64,000 nucleotides of DNA. It comes from Callorhinchus milii (Eukaryota). Every line of letters begins with the position of its first letter. Position 1 is the stretch's first letter. This document shows, in pieces, positions 1-31,615 of the stretch. The translations under genes and the position numbers were made by a program. Under the pieces are notes generated by a model. That model had not been told where the DNA came from and made no database searches. It saw nothing but the letters and a program-made list of their open reading frames with translations. The stretch is from the NCBI RefSeq assembly GCF_018977255.1, contig NW_024704746.1, positions 21,638,001-21,702,000 on the forward strand. The letters are read 5' to 3'.

Positions 1-110
1 ATCGGCCATCCCCCTTCCCCTCCCGCGGCTCGGGTCTGAAATGCTGTACACTGTCCAGCACCTTGGGGCGTCTTCCCGACTTGAAAGGCACAATACAAAT
101 GTATTCTTGA
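1..110 (+). mobile_element. L2-like LINE 3' end (partial)
   Basis: gggtctgaaatgctgtacactgtccagcaccttggggcgtcttcccgacttgaaaggc matches the reverse complement of 28905-28970. Confidence 0.8.
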
Positions 111-2459
111 TGTTGTATCTCAGTATTTGTCTGTCAAACGTCTTTGAGAACTTCACCATATTTATCCTTCAGTTTCTAAATCTGGATTATATCTCACCAT
201 TATTTGTTTTAGAAAAGCATACTTCATTGTGCATGGGCGGTATTGAATTTTGTTGTGGGATAAGAGAATTATGAAGACCTTTCCCTCCAGAGGTTATTAT
301 ACAGATGGAATGGAGTTAACAATAGGGTACTTTTTTTTCCCCAAAAAATTCAGTTTTCATTAATTGCACTTGACCATTGAAGTGGATGGTAAATGTGCAC
401 AGAAAAAGTTGAGAAATGTTGAATTCAATTGCAGAGGGCAAGATAAATGGGTCAAGGATACGAGTTCCAGAGGTTAGACATAGAATAGCTGAAAGTTCGG
501 CCAGTGATGGTGATTCAGAGAGGGGTGGGAAGAGTCGTGCAGGAGGCACGAGTAGAAGGGGTGAACATAAGTGGAGTGGGAGGGGGTCACAGAGATGGGG
601 AACTTTCAGTTCACAGGTGATCAGTACAACAATAATCTGACATTTCTCACCCCCCCCCACAACACTGATCCCAGAAGAAAAGACGACACAGCTTTTTTGA
701 CCGGATTGTGCTTACTGTTTGTTTCCTTCTTTACAGGAACGATCACTAGAAACTGAAAATCCCTCTGTAAACTGGCCAGCCAGGTTTGGCCCCTGCCAAC
801 GAGAAACAAAACACGGAAAGAGCAGACATTAGCTCTGCAAAATGGGCTTTCTGGGCACTCAGAGCGACCACAAACTGAGGAACCAAACCCACTGCATAAA
901 GGTAGGGCCAGTAATCCTGCTCAGGCTCTGCTTGGTCTCAGACCGGTTTTGTTGAGGAGTTAAGATTGAAATATTTCAATTTCAAGCTCCTTTTTAACTA
1001 AAAAATGGCCAAATTGCTCGCAAAGAGATGTGTGTGGGTTCACAGCAGACCAACCCCTGCAAACGGTTTCAAGCTGATTTCAGACACATTGAGATGAATT
1101 GGTGGCCTGAATTCTTGTCTCTCACCAGCACTCAGGTGGTGCACTCACTACTCACTGAACTCTCCACTCCCCTTGCTATCCATTCTAATGACTGTTTTGT
1201 TTGAGACAAATAGCATTGGAGGCAGCATCTAACAAGTACAACAAATACATGCATGTTGAAAAATGATAATGGCATAACTACATTTATACGACTGCCATCA
1301 CCCACCAAGGAGGAAAACAGAATGAACCCTTTATTCTTCCACAGTTGTTATTCCTCTCAACAGCACCAAGACAACAAAACACGCACACAAAATGCATTAA
1401 AACAATACGAGACGTCACTGTTTATTTCAATCAAGCTGGACACTTAGCTTGGAAGAGGGAGGGTGTTGAAAGCTGCTCAGGTTCAGCAATCGTACACAGA
1501 GTGATGAATAGATGGAGGCAGCCCAGTGTTTAACTGACTGAGGTATATGACTTGCATTTGTACGTGCATTTGGTAGCTAAGTAGGCTATATGAGCCAATG
1601 ACAACTGTCTCATAGACAGGAATCTCCCAAAGTGGCTGAAAGCGCCATCTGAAGACAATGCAATGGGGATATTAGTGCAATGTAGCACTACATAGTGCAA
1701 TTCAGCAAGCAGGATTCAGCCAAAGGATGGGTAAGTTGCTGTTCCAATTGTTGTGTTCTCCACTCTCTGCTCTGGTGGCAAAACTTTTCAGATGGAGCAT
1801 GAGAACCTGGGTCACTGATTAAAATAGGGGCGGGATGTCTGATAAGCAAGACACCACCTATTTTGAAGTGCATTTCGATGTCCAGGAGTGAAATTTCTCC
1901 CATCACGGGTTCTGGAAATTGCTCTGATCACATCTTCCAGCCCCTCTCGATCAGAAATAAGCCTGCAAGAGATGCTCTAACTAGGAATGAGTGCAGTACT
2001 TGCAGAACTTTGATGGAAACCTTAAAATAAAAGTTAAAAACTTGGGATTCAGTGCAATGAAAATTAAATTTGATTCATTCCGAGTTCTGTCAAACTAACT
2101 ATATTGTGGGTTCGTTTTTGAGGGAAATTTTTGCTTTTAGAAAAATCCAGTGCAGATCCATTGCCTTCGTTATGCAGTCATTTGCCTCCTAACGGGAAGG
2201 CAGCATACAAATATAATTTGTTGTTGTTGTTGTAAATATCCAGTCACTGCACTTCAGAGAAACCTTTGTGGGGCGCTTTGGGACACTGTGACACGATTAA
2301 GTCGAAAGAATATCAAACGTAAGCTTTATTACTTTTATCATCAACACTGATTGTATTAAACGTCAATGTTGATAGTCTACATTGGATTTTTGCAAAAATG
2401 CATAGAAAATATCCTCCAAAAAATCCCCACGCAATCCGTTTAATGCCGGATATTGGATC

Positions 2460-4361
2460 TTAGACCCCTAACTTAAACTCTGGCGAATATTGTTTTTGTT
2501 CCTTGTGCAGATCCCTTGCTCGATTTTTCAAAAGTTCAGCCTTTTCGTTATCTGTCTGCGTTCCTTCTCCTAGTTTGTACATGCGGCTGGCGTTCGCACA
2601 GGCCCAGATGTGCCCCTGGTCGCAGGCTCGAAGGGAATACTTTAGGGCCTGGCTCATATCCTTGGCTACTCCGGGTGCTCCCTGGATATATAAAGTACTC
2701 AGATTAAAACAGCTGGCTGTAAAATTTCCATTGCAGGCTTTGGTGTAATAATCTCTGGCCACCACGGCGTCCGATTTATCTAGTGCTCGTCCATCATGCG
2801 CCAACAGCCCAACGTTGTGGCAGGCATCGACCGACTTCTTGCCACCCTTCTCACAAGATTTAACAAAGCAATCGTAGGCAGCCTTCAGATTTTGTTGCAA
2901 TCCACCTAATTTCAAAGACAACAGTTAGCACCTGCTCTTGCATAAAAATCTGTGGACGTTCTAACTGTGTGGTGCAACACAGTAAGAATTGTCTCTTTTC
3001 AATCAGTAAACTTCACCCAAAAGTCACAAATAAAAGCTCTCAGCACTGTACCTTCAATTTCTAACAGAGGTCAAATTCTGTAATCATTACATCTGATACA
3101 GTCAGGACCTCATCACATCCAAACGTCTCAAAGCTCTTCACAGAGTTCTGTGAAGTGTAATGATTATTTGTAGACAATTGCAATAGACAATTTACACACA
3201 GCAATATCCCACAATCAGCAATGAAGTGAACAACCTTCTTTAATTTGGGTGGGAGGGAGATGCAACACAGTTTGCATTTACACGGCACCTTTCACGTCAG
3301 GAGGACGTATCAAACGGCTTGACAAAGCTGGATGGGCAACAAACAGAGTGTCGCCCAGGACACCAGGAGACACTCTCTTTTTCAATCGTGTCATTTTTTT
3401 TAATATAACATCCAACACGTTAACACTTGTATTTCCCTTGGTTTAGCACAACTGACAACTTAACACTCCACGACTCACGTTACTTTTTAAACACTGAACC
3501 AACATCCAGAACGATGAGTGAAGGAAGCCATACTGTACCTTTCCCACCAACATAGTAAGCGCCGAGCTTGAAGCAGCTTTCTCCATAATGGTTCTCCTCA
3601 CAGTTTTTCTTTAACACCTGAGCAGCCAGGTCATAGTTTTTCTTAATTCCTTCCAAATAATCAGCAAGTCGTTGACATCCTGCNAAAAAGGGAAATGGTC
3701 GGGGTTGAGTTGACAGACAAAAAAAAAAGTCACCCAACCTGTGCATAGACGGCTTTTTTTAAAAAAAACAAACGACCACATTAAAAAGTTAGTGCCAAAT
3801 CAACCCTTGGGTTCGCTGGGGGCGGCTTTGTCGTGTCTTCTGGACGTCTCAAAAGCGCTTCATAGAATATACTGTGAAGGGCATCGCCTGTTTTGTGGAC
3901 AAAATACAGCAATGCACTACGGTCATCCCTGAGGTACCGCACCAACTGTGTTCTGAAAATTCATATACATTATTATTATCATTATTATTCATATACAGTG
4001 GTGTATATTTACATGACATTCTCTTGGTTCCCTGACCCTGTGACTGCCTCTGGAGTTCAGTGACATGTGTCAGGTGTGGGGCCTCGCCCTGTGCACAGCC
4101 CCTTTGCCGCCGACTGACTGACTGACTGACTGTCCTTCACAAGTGAAAGGGACTCTTGTGTTTCAGAACCACCATTTTGCAGTTGGTGGCCGTCGCCGCT
4201 GTGCCCTCCGCTGAGCGCGGGTGAGAGTCCCAGATACCCGCTGCTCCGTCTTTACCTTCGGCGTCTCTTTCCTTGTGGCACTGGTAACTGTACTCGATGC
4301 CGAGGCTGTCGAGGTACGCCTTCACTTCGCTTTCGTTCTGGAAGTCCACGAGTCCGGCCAT
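2460..4361 (-). CDS. COA7: Cytochrome c oxidase assembly factor 7 (Sel1-repeat protein), 3 coding exons, 230 aa
   Basis: Exons 4361-4256 ([35 protein letters not shown]), 3679-3539 ([16 protein letters not shown]...[12 protein letters not shown]) and 2905-2460 ([14 protein letters not shown]...[14 protein letters not shown]...[20 protein letters not shown]). All introns GT-AG and phase-consistent; 693 nt. Cys-rich SEL1 repeats match COA7/SELRC1. AATAAA on the minus strand at 2325-2330. Confidence 0.96.
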
Positions 4362-4839
4362 CCCGGCACAGCCCAGCGGGGGGGGCGGCGGGTCTCTGCT
4401 CGGGTTAGGGTGGGGGGAGGGCAGGGGGGGGCAGCCGGACACTGACCCGCCGGCAGCGCAGTGCGGAGAGCTGCGGCAATGGGGGCTTTCGATTCCACCA
4501 AAACTGGTGGGAAAGGTCGTCTCGACCCCGACCGCCTCCCGCCTGACCCTGACCCTGACCTGGGGCCGAGTGAGGCCGGTGGGCGGGTGGACGCTCTCCT
4601 CTCCTCCCCCCACTCCCCCCCGGAATTCAGGGCGGTCTCTCTCACAAGGACCCAAAAGCTCAAACGGGAATTAACCCGAACGGGAGATCGGGAAAGAGAG
4701 AGCGAGAGAGAGAGAGAGAAAGAGAGGAGGAGTCGATGCCGCCAATTCCCACTGAAGGGCAGCGAGAGCGCCTCCAGTCTGATTGGCGACGCCGCTCGGG
4801 GCCGAAGGAAGAGGCGGGGCCACGCTGAGTGACTTCCCG

Positions 4840-5160
4840 CGCAGCCAATGGCAGAGCGAGAGCGACGGAGGGGGGTGGTGTCCGAGCGGCCGGTAGCCAA
4901 TGGGAGGGCCAGAAGGGCGGGGAGTCGGTGCGGCCGGCAGCCAATGGGAAGGACAGAGGGTGGGGAGTCGGTGCGGCCGGCAGCCAATGGGAAGGACAGA
5001 GGGTGGGGAGTCGGTGCGGCCGGCAGCCAATGGGAGGGCCAGAGGGTGGGGAGTCGGTGCGGCCGGCAGCCAATGGGGTGGGGCGAGTGTCAGTGCGGCC
5101 GGCAGCCAATGGGAGAGCCAGAGGGTGGGGAGTCGGTGCGGCCGGCAGCCAATGGGAGGG
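4840..5160 (+). repeat. 43-bp minisatellite, each unit carrying AGCCAATGG
   Basis: Unit ~GAGGGTGGGGAGTCGGTGCGGCCGGCAGCCAATGGGAAGGACA. CCAAT at 4845, 4897, 4941, 4984, 5027, 5070, 5106 and 5149. Confidence 0.93.
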
Positions 5161-5433
5161 GGGGGGTTGAGGTTGGGGGCGGGGCCGGTGGTGGGTTCTG
5201 GAAGCTGAGAGGAGAGGGAAAAAGAAGCGGTTCCGGGGCAACAGCGGCAGCGGCTCCCGTCGTCGTCCTCCCCCACCCCCCGCCCCCCGCCCTCCCCCCT
5301 CTCCGGCCCTGTCAGGCCGAGCAACTGCCCGTGAGGGAGAATTAATTTTCTTGGTGTTTATTTTGGGAGGAGGACGAAGGTGTTTAATTTGCATGTGTTC
5401 CCCCCTCTCACTCCCTCCCCCTCTCTCTGTCCG

Positions 5434-5472
<39 letters not shown>

Positions 5473-5744
5473 GCTCCTCCAAAAGAAAACGGCCGCTCTC
5501 CCACTCCTCTCTCCTCTTTCTCTCTCTTTGCTCTTCACCCTCTCCAAAAAGAAAAAGAAATAAAACGATGAGGCCCTGGTAATTTTTTTCGGGGGGGTAA
5601 GAAAGAAGTGCCTCTTCTCCCCCCCCCCCCCCCTCCTCCCCCCCCCCACCACCTCCACCCCTCCCTCCCTCCCCCCCCCTCTCTTTTCCAAGAAGAGCGG
5701 TTGCCGTGTTCCCAGCGGCTGCTCTGACGGCCGCCTCTCCAGCC

Positions 5745-5798
5745 ATGGTGGTTCGTGTCGCTGTCGTGGCCTCCGACTCCCCGCTCGCCTCCCGCTAG
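5745..5798 (+). other. Upstream ORF (MVVRVAVVASDSPLASR*) in the ZYG11 leader
   Basis: gccATGg at 5745 and TAG at 5796-5798; out of frame with the main ATG at 5815 and ending 16 nt before it. Confidence 0.55.
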
Positions 5799-5814
5799 CG
5801 GCCTCCTGTCAGCA

Positions 5815-19299
<13,485 letters not shown>

Positions 19300-20322
19300 A
19301 TCTCACCAGCTTGGGGGGCAGAATATGCAAGTAAGCTTTTTTTTAAAAAAAATGGTTCAGCTCTTGTGAAATTCACCTCCTTTCCCTTTCTGTGTTCCTT
19401 TGGAATTTCAGAATGCATGCAATCATGCAACAAAAAACTGGGAAGGGTAAGAGGGTGAGAAATCCAGGCATTGCGTCACCTCTGGACTCAGTGCTCTGTG
19501 TATATAGTGGTCGGCAAAGCACAATTTAAATGTTGGTTTGAGTAACTCGACCACAGTGGGCTGAACGGACTCCTCCTGTGCTCTGAACTTTTCTGTGCTT
19601 CCTCAACCAGGCCCAAGGTGGTTCGTGAAGGGGGAAAACGTCCAATGTGTTCACCTTTCGTTTCTGAAGATTAGGGACAGCGTTGCCACGGGATTTAACA
19701 GTGCGTCGGTTAAACATTTCTACAAACTAATCTAGATGCAGTAATAATATACCACAATGCGTACATAGTGTTGGTGTGGTTTGTAGTGTTTTTGCAAATG
19801 TCGTTCTGTTGATCTGTTCTACCGGAAGCAGCCTTTGCTTAAATAAATGCTGCTGATGAAACGTTTACTCGACCTGTATCATTTATGTGATTATTATATA
19901 AAAACAATCATTGTGTAACAGAGTTGGATTGTGATTAGCTTAGAAACTTGCTTTCTTATTTTGTACAAAATATTGAATGTTGTTGCCTTTGGGGGAGTGG
20001 ACAGAGATATTTGCATGTCAAATTGCCAAACTACCTTTATATTAAAATTCCTTTTGTGTTACATATATTGCTTGTACAGGGGAGAGTTTTGTAATTGAGT
20101 TCTGGTTTAAAGATGTTTTTCTGTCTAGGAGTCTTACTGGCTTTGGTATATTATAAAATCATCCTGTTGAAGAATCATGATTTAACATGGATTTTGTTTC
20201 CTATATATCTTCTGAAGTCTCGAATCCTGACTTATTTTAGGGATTCGATTTCAAACTGTTGAGCCTCGCTGGAATGGTCTGAGATAATGGCTTTTTTCAA
20301 CTAGAACAAGTCAACTGTTTCA

Positions 20323-20515
20323 GTGTACACAAAACACTGCAGATGCTGGAAATCTGAAAACAAAAACAGAAGTCGCTGGGAACTCTCAGCAGGTCAGGCA
20401 GCATCTAAAGTTCTAACGAAGGGTCGTGGACCCGAAACGTTGACTCACTTTCCTTTCTCCATAGATGCTGCCTGACCTGCTGAGTGTTCCCAGCGACTTC
20501 TGTTTTTGTTTTCAG
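20323..20515 (+). mobile_element. Foldback element, probably Penelope-like-derived, with a 54-bp inverted repeat and a hammerhead-like loop
   Basis: Arms 20354-20407 and 20462-20515 pair with one mismatch. Loop contains CTAACGA-A-GGGTC-GTG-GACCC-GAAACGTT. Flanked by the direct repeat CTGTTTCA (20315-20322 and 20516-20523). Confidence 0.75.
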
Positions 20516-20537
20516 CTGTTTCAATATTGTGTGTGTG

Positions 20538-21210
20538 CGTTTCGCCCACAAATATACGGTCAATTCACTTTACAGTCTATTCTGTGAAGCGCTTTGAGAT
20601 GTCGAGAAGACGTGAAAAAGCGCTATATCAAATGCAAGGATTATTATTATTATTATAATGCCAACGCCCTGCTTTTGGGCCTTGCCAACTCTTCTCTCCA
20701 CAAACTGCAGATCATCCAGAACTCTGCAGCTCGTGTTCTCTCCTGCACCAGGCTCCGTGACCACATCACCCCCATCCTCGCCGGTTCCTCTGACTCCCCA
20801 TCCCTCAGAGGATCGAGTTCAAAATTCTCGTCCTCACCTTCAAGGTCGTCCACGGCCTTGCTCCCTTCTACGTTTCTGACCTGCTAACCCCTTATCAACC
20901 TGTCTACTGCCTCCACTCAGCAGGCTCCATGTCCTCCGCCTGGTCCAGCCCACCATTGGCGGTCGGGCCTTCAACCTTTCTACCCCCCCACCGTAACTCC
21001 ATCACACATTCCCTTCGTCTCACTTCTTTGCCTCCTTCATGGCACACCTTAAGACCCTCCTCTTCGACTGTGCCTTCAGCCACCCTCTCTGCCCTCCACC
21101 CTCCCTGTTCTCAACCCTTCCCCTCGCAGATCCTAATCCCTGACTGTCTAGCACCTTGGGACGTCCTCCCGACGTAAAAGGCGCTTTACAAATGTAATAT
21201 TGTATTGTAT
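20538..21210 (+). mobile_element. SINE 3' half fused to an L2-like LINE 3' fragment
   Basis: SINE tail ...gcgctatatcaaatgcaagga(tta)n to ~20657. Then NALLLGLANSSLHKLQIIQNSAARVL..RLRDHITPIL (L2 ORF2 C-terminus) and the LINE tail ggacgtcctcccgacgtaaaaggcgctttacaaatgtaa. Confidence 0.85.
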
Positions 21211-22706
21211 TTACTGGTCCATGTTTGAGCTTGTATGCTGCCTAACGTTGAGAAAAGCTTTAGGTGGTTAATCGTTGCTGAAATCCCTTACCAGTAAACT
21301 ATTAACTCAGCAATAACTTGAAAAAAAAAACTAGAAAGGGCTGTTTCAGTGACCTCCACAGCTTACCTCCAGTGTATGGTAAGATTCAACAGAAATGGCA
21401 CTTAGTTATGCTTCAACTCAGGAAGAACCACAATAGGTATGGATTATCGATTGAATCCTGGCTTGGTATACATTAAATCAGCTTTCTTCCAGACAAACAA
21501 CTTTCTAGTAATACTGTACCCTTTATACAGTATAATGGCTGGTCTCAACTTTTATTTTTATTCTCACAGAAAAAAATCTCTATTCACAAACAGTCATTTG
21601 CACTGAGGCTGAAAAACACAACAAAGTGAATGTTTACACAACAACAAATTACGTTTGTATAGCACCTTTCACGTCACGAGTAGTCAAGCTTAAATGTAAT
21701 AAATGTGTGGAAGAGGGTTTTGCCAGCTTGAGGGAAGAGGCAGTGGTGGAGGAGGGCAATGCTTTGGAGGTGGGGGAAGGACAGAGCAGGTCATGGCACA
21801 GATGTGGGTAGAAAGGACAGTCGAGGGTCAAACAAGACGACGCCAAGTTTCAGGACTGGCTCAGTGAGGTGGAATGTGAATCTGTGGATGGTGATGCTGC
21901 CAGTGCCTGAGGTTTATGCAAATGGACCTCAAGTAAGTAATGGAAGGTAAGCATTCTAATGTATCTACTGCTTTTGAAATGATTGTTGCAGAGTTTTTCT
22001 CATTGAGTATAGTCTTTTGAGTAAGATTGCAACTGAACATGTACCCAATGCCCCGCTGTGCGCAGTTGACTGCCACATTTCCCCCACAAAATCCACGGTC
22101 AACCCATTTTACAGTATATCCTGTGAAGCGCTTTGACATGTCCCAACGACGTGATAAGGCGCTATAACAAATGCAAGCATTATTATAAAAATACATTTTT
22201 TTTACATAGAAAGTCAAATAATTCTTTGGAACTAAAGATGGTTTGTGCCCATCGTTTAAAGGACAATTTCCCTCCAAGAAGTGTAACTAAATGAAATTCT
22301 ACAATCAGATTCTGTCAAGGTCTTTAAGACATTTCGGTGCTGTGATCAGGTGTTTCATCAAATGCTTCATCTATCCTTCAGATGACTTGTAGCTGAACAT
22401 AAGTGCAATGTTAATTAATAGATTTGTCAAAAATCATGAGATTGTGCTGCAAAGTGCAAATATTCTGAAAAGGATCCATAACTAATCCTCTGGAATTTCA
22501 CTTGAACCCCAACTCCGCTCTGACCTATGTGAATTCTGACCTTCAAACTCGAGACACCCAGGGCTTTGTGAGTTATGAATCCTTTGCGACTCTTATTTGG
22601 ACGATTTAAAAAAAAAACACACAGAAGAGAGTCAGAAGTTCAGCAGCCACACGGGGGTTGATGTCCATTTTCCCAAAGGGTAGGTGTTGAGATCAGCAGT
22701 GATTTG

Positions 22707-27890
<5,184 letters not shown>

Positions 27891-28112
27891 CGAGCTGCAA
27901 ACACACCAACGGCCAAACTCCAGCTCAACTTGGCTCAACCCCAAGGCAGGGAGGAAATCCCGCCTTCTCCACCGGGGCTATTGGCTCACACACACTCTCC
28001 TTTGTCACTTTCCTCCCACCATCAATCTGACAGAAACAGTCTGACCAACTATGATCGTTGGGCAACTTCCCTTGTGCTGCAGGAGGCAGTTTGCTTATTG
28101 CGGGAAATGAAA

Positions 28113-28320
28113 TAATAACGATAATCATCATCATACTAATCCTTGCATTTTATATCGCGCCTCATCGAGACTTCTCAAAGCGCTTCACAGAATATACTGT
28201 AAAATGCGTTGACTGTATTTTCGTGGGTGAAACGCGGCAGCCAATTGCGCACAGCAGAGTCCAGCAAACAGTCGTGGATTGAGTGACCAAATGATTATTA
28301 TTTTATTTATTTATTATTGA
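28113..28320 (-). mobile_element. SINE 3' half, present only in duplicate copy A
   Basis: aatccttgcattttatatcgcgcc...aacgcggcagccaattgcgcacagc; absent at the homologous point 34561. Confidence 0.8.
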
Positions 28321-28881
28321 TGGGATTAATATCCCTGGAAAAGCGGTCGACTAACAACCAAGGTTCCTAATTACTGCTGGGTACACGAAGGCTCGTGGAG
28401 TAAAGAAACTTACCGACGTAAAGATTGGAGCTGGAGACTTTGGATGAAATGACAATTGAGCAGAATCCTGTTTTTTTTGTTATATATATTGTACAGTAAT
28501 GAAAGCTTCCGTACCTTTGTGAATCTTTCAGTAGAGTAACTGCATTTTGAAGGCATGTAATACCAGGTGTTAATGGAACTGGAAAACCTGGGAATGTTTC
28601 CTGAACAATCAGCTTGCAATATTTTATATGAAGAATAGATTAATTTATTTTCAAATCACAAATTACAATAAACATCAATCATAGTAAATAATGTCAATGT
28701 GTGCCCCTCATCAGGACACACAATTACATTCTTGAAATCAAACATGGTACACATTACACTTAAACTTTCTTCCCCAATAATTAATACAGGTTTTCAGACA
28801 CTGGAGCGCAGTACGTAGATCCTGACTAAATGTGTAGGACGGAGCCCTTTCTGTGTCTCACCCTCAGTCCTTTAGTTCTAA

Positions 28882-30835
28882 CAACAACAGCAAGATTACA
28901 TTTGTATAGCGCCTTTCACGTTGGGAGGACGCCCCAAGGCGCTGGACAGTGTACAGCATTTCAGACCCAAGCTGGAGTCAGGGGTTGAGGGGAGGGGAAG
29001 GGAGATGGCCGATGGCATGGTCGAAGAGGAGGGTATTGAGGTGGGACTTGAAGGAGGCTAAGGAGGGGGCGAGGCAGAGTGACTGGGGCATGAAATTCCA
29101 GAGTTTGGGGGCAGAATGGCTGAAGGCCCTCCCGCCAACGGTTGGGTGGTTGGGTCAGGGGACGTGGAGCAGCCAGAGCCGGCTGAGCAGAGGGAGCGGG
29201 CGGGTTGTTAGGGGGTTAGGAGGTCTCAGAGGTAGGGTGGGGCGAGGCCATAGAGGGCTTTGTATGTGAGGACCAGGATCTTGAAGGATAGGGAGCCAGT
29301 GGAGTCCGGCGAGAACGGGGGAGATGGGGTCACGGAGTTTGGTGCGGGAGAGGACACGGGCTGCAGAGTTCTGGATTATCCACAGCCGGTGGAGGGAGGA
29401 GTTGGGAAGGCCGACAAGCAGAGCATTTGCATAATCGAGTCTGGAGGTGGTGAAGGCATGAACAAGAGTTTCAGTGGCCTGAGGGGTGATGTTGTGGCAG
29501 AGTCAGGAGATGTTACGGAGGTGAGGGAAGGCAGAGCGGGTCATGGCTGGGATGTGGGGGAGAAAAGACAGTTGAGGGTCGAACAAGACCCCCAGGTTCC
29601 TGACTGGTTGGTGAGTTGTAGTGAGCAACCATGGAGGTTGATGCTGCCAGAGCCTGAGGCGCTGGCGTGAGCCAATCAGGAGGGCCTCAGTCTTGCTCAC
29701 ATTCAACTGTAGGAAATTTGCCCTCATCCAGAACTTGATGTCTGACAGGCAGTCTGTCTGGACAGCAGTGGTCCTGGAGTTGAGGGTGGAGACAGAAAGA
29801 TAGAGTTGGGTGTCATCCGCATACATGTGGAAGTTGACCCCATGTCTGCGGATGATGTCACCAAGGAGGAGCATGGAGTTATTAAAGAGGAAACAAGGAC
29901 AGAGCCCTGGGGGACGCCAGACGTGACAGTACGGGGGCTGGAGGAGAAACCGTTAGAGGTAAAAAAGTGGAGACAGTGAGAGAGATAGGAATTGAACCAG
30001 GCAAGGGCAGGTCCGCAAAGATTGAGTAAAGCGGAGAGGTGGTGCATGAGGATGGAGTGGTGGACAGGAGGACAAGGAGGCAGAGGGAGCCCTGATCACA
30101 GATGTTCAGAATGTCATTAGTGACTTTGACCAGGGCTGTTTCCGTGCTGTGGGCAGCGCTGAAGCCGGATTGGAGGGGTTCAAAGAGGGGATGGCGAGAG
30201 AGAAAGGAGCGGAGCTGGGACGCAATAACTCATTCCAGGATCTTGGAGAGGAATGGGAGGTTAGAGATGGGGCGGTAGCTGGAGAGGAGGGATGGATCCA
30301 GGGTAGGTCATTTCAAGATGGGGGTGATGACGGCTGTTTTTAGGGGGGGTGGGAACTGAACTGGTGGACAAGGAGAGGTTGATGACGTCAGACAGGAGAG
30401 CGTCCAGAAGGTGGAGCTGGGAAATGAGGTGGGGATGGGATCGAGGGAGCAGGTGGTGGGTTTGAGTTTGCAGACAGACGTGGTGAGGGAGGAGGGAGAT
30501 AGGGTCGAAGGAGTATAGGGGAGGATGGGTGGGGTTGTGTCACAAGGGAGCGGTGATGTGGGGGTGGCTGTGGACGGGGCTGAGGTGGCTGAACATATCC
30601 CCTCGATTTTAGATTTGAGGAAATCCAGCATCTCCTCACAGTTGGAGTTTGAGGAGAAGATGGGTGAGGTATGGGAAGGTGGACGGAGGAGATGGTTAGG
30701 GGTGGAAAAGAGAACCCTGGGGTTGTCCTTTGCCTCCAAGATAACCTTGGAGTAGAAGGAGGATTTGGCGGAGACAAGAACGCAGCGGTAGGTCTTGGTG
30801 TGGTGAAGCCAAATCTGCCGATGGACCGTTAGTTA
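28882..30835 (-). mobile_element. 5'-truncated L2-clade LINE (degenerate reverse transcriptase) with a 10-bp TSD
   Basis: Frameshifted RT motifs GVPQGSVL, FHMYADDTQLY and FLQLNVSKTE; 3' tail with (TTG)n. TSD TTAGTTCTAA at 28872-28881 and 30836-30845. Empty site TTAATTCTAA in the paralogue at 35450-35459. Confidence 0.92.
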
Positions 30836-31100
30836 TTAGTTCTAATGTCCTCACTTTCATCTTTTTTTTAATAATAAGGGCTAAGCTTCTGAGTGTTCTG
30901 TCAAATCTTCCAGTGTATATTTCTGAGGAATATATCCACCTAATGGCTGGTTCTTTTGATCAACACACTGACCAGAAGACATTTCTCCTTCAATAGCGCT
31001 GACCCAATCATTCTGTTCAAATGCTATGGAACCTTAGACTCTGAATGAGCCCGGTACATTTCTAATTATCACTATTGACAGTCAGTATCCTGGAAGACTA

Positions 31101-31305
31101 AATAATAATCCTTGCATTTGATGCAGCGCGTTATCACGTCTTCGAGACGTCTCAAAGCGTTTCACAGAATAATAATAATAATCCTTGCATTTGATATAGC
31201 GCTTTTCACGTCGGGAGGACGTCCCAAAGCGCTTCACAGAACACACTGTAAAGTGAATTGACTGTAATTTGTGGGCAAAACCCGGCAGCCAATTGCGCAC
31301 AGCAG
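31101..31305 (-). mobile_element. Two tandem SINE 3' tails
   Basis: aataataatccttgcatttgat... occurs twice (31101 and ~31170); the second extends into the Deu-type core. Confidence 0.82.
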
Positions 31306-31615
31306 TATCAACAACAACAATGTGAATAACTTTGGTTTATTTCTCTACATAGCATTCAACTTTCTCCCAATTAAATAAATGTGGCCGGTACTCTAAATAG
31401 TTCAATTAATACTTCACCAGCAGTAATACAATTAGCAGACTTGCATATGATGGGTGAATATTACATGACCAGAGTGTGAGATTACATGAAAGGCTGGTTA
31501 CTTTTATATTCAATGTTACAGTCACCACCATCTCCCATTAAAATATGTAACCTCTTTGGAGGATTGCAAAAGACTTTTCAAAACGGAGTGCAGACATTCC
31601 CTCTCTGAAGCTTTA

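Larger units (their letters stand above)
4362..5814. promoter_or_regulatory. CpG-island bidirectional promoter/5' leaders shared by COA7 and ZYG11B-like
   Basis: Very GC/CpG-rich interval between divergent ATGs (4361 minus, 5815 plus). Contains a GC box (GAGGCGGGGC 4811), an inverted CCAAT (4782) and eight forward CCAAT boxes. Confidence 0.8.

Noticed and set aside
1688-1965. Possible minus-strand exon after a tcttgcag acceptor downstream of COA7
   Set aside because: No recognisable protein similarity, and it lies beyond the COA7 stop and poly(A) signal.
3684-3684. Ambiguous base N near the COA7 exon 2 acceptor
   Set aside because: Intronic sequencing ambiguity; the AG and reading frame are unaffected.
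4840-5160. CRISPR-like periodicity
   Set aside because: The units are contiguous near-identical repeats without unique spacers, in a eukaryotic context with no cas genes.
4137-5746. Many long overlapping ORFs (up to 343 aa) around the COA7/ZYG11 promoter
   Set aside because: Products of stop-poor GC-rich and minisatellite sequence, giving low-complexity repetitive peptides. Only COA7 exon 1 is real.
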